A stretch of 64,000 nucleotides of DNA from Macrostomum lignano (taxonomy: Eukaryota), in the NCBI GenBank assembly GCA_002269645.1, contig NIVC01001072.1, positions 124,001 to 188,000 of the forward strand, in the 5' to 3' direction. The position numbers and the translations under genes were made by a program. The stretch's first letter is position 1; each line of letters begins with the position of its first letter. Of this stretch, positions 63,371 to 64,000 are shown in pieces. Below the pieces are notes generated by a model. The model made no database searches and was not told where the DNA came from. It saw nothing but the letters and a program-made list of their open reading frames with translations.

Positions 63371-64000
63371 ATAACTAATTTATCAACTTAAGAATCTTAA
63401 GTAATATTATTTATTTTTTAATTTTTACATTTTTAAAACACTTGTTTTATTATTATGACTTTACTTTATTTTAACTTCATTTTTTGTTTAAAAATTTTTT
63501 TTAAATTTATTATTCTTGGAAACCAGGCTATTTAGTACTTTGAATCAAATTTTTGATAATGGCTTTTTTAATGGCTAGGCCTATAGATCTGGCAATCTTC
63601 TGCAAGCAATTATCTACTAATGAAGTCTTGAACCTTAAAAGTATCTTGTTTTAAATATCATCATTTTGTTTCAATCTTATCTTGAACAAAATCTTATTAC
63701 TATTAGCAACTATCTATTAAAATTAAAATGTTTCTACTATATTATATCCATAAATTTCTTTATTGGAATACCATTGCCAGATCTATAGCCATTGGAAAAT
63801 GGGTTACAGTGCTATAACTGTAGCCATTACCCAAATTTTTATTAGCTTAGGCCTATAGTAGCCAATAGAGAGGTTAAAAATGGAGGTTGCCTTGCCTTAG
63901 GCCTACTAAAAAATTAAGAAGCAGTTTTTTGCTTGTCATTTTGGGTAAGGCTACTCTTGGGCCCGGGCTAAACAGAGCTTTTTAGAAAAATGAGAAAATT

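Overview
Eukaryotic (animal) genomic DNA with short GC-rich exons and introns packed with tandem repeats. The style resembles a free-living flatworm such as Macrostomum, but that is inference only. I spliced the genes by hand from splice signals and family motifs: (1) a 7-exon ionotropic glutamate receptor-like gene lacking the amino-terminal domain (383-5213, +); (2) a probably secreted PAN-like/LamG-like protein (-, 10349 to about 11470); (3) a small secreted-protein gene whose splice donor is split by a mariner transposon (16831-20322, +); (4) a C-type lectin + PAN gene (24915-25688, +) and a truncated paralogue (20564-20947); (5) an intronless GDP-fucose transporter-like gene (30589-31812, +); (6) a 7-exon single-minded bHLH-PAS gene (33216-45855, +); (7) two tandem 3-exon VAP paralogues (-, 46979-48945 and 54337-57952). 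Mobile DNA includes a DD34D mariner, an RNase H-bearing non-LTR retrotransposon plus a second fragment, three hAT-type MITE families with 8-bp target duplications, a TA/TTAA MITE and a CORE-SINE-like element. There are about 30 mini/microsatellite arrays, and most long ORFs in the supplied track are artefacts of them. I see no CRISPR array, rRNA or tRNA gene, and nothing I can call a new system with confidence. The best leads are the atypical receptor, the mosaic lectin paralogues, the mariner in a splice donor and a dispersed minisatellite family.
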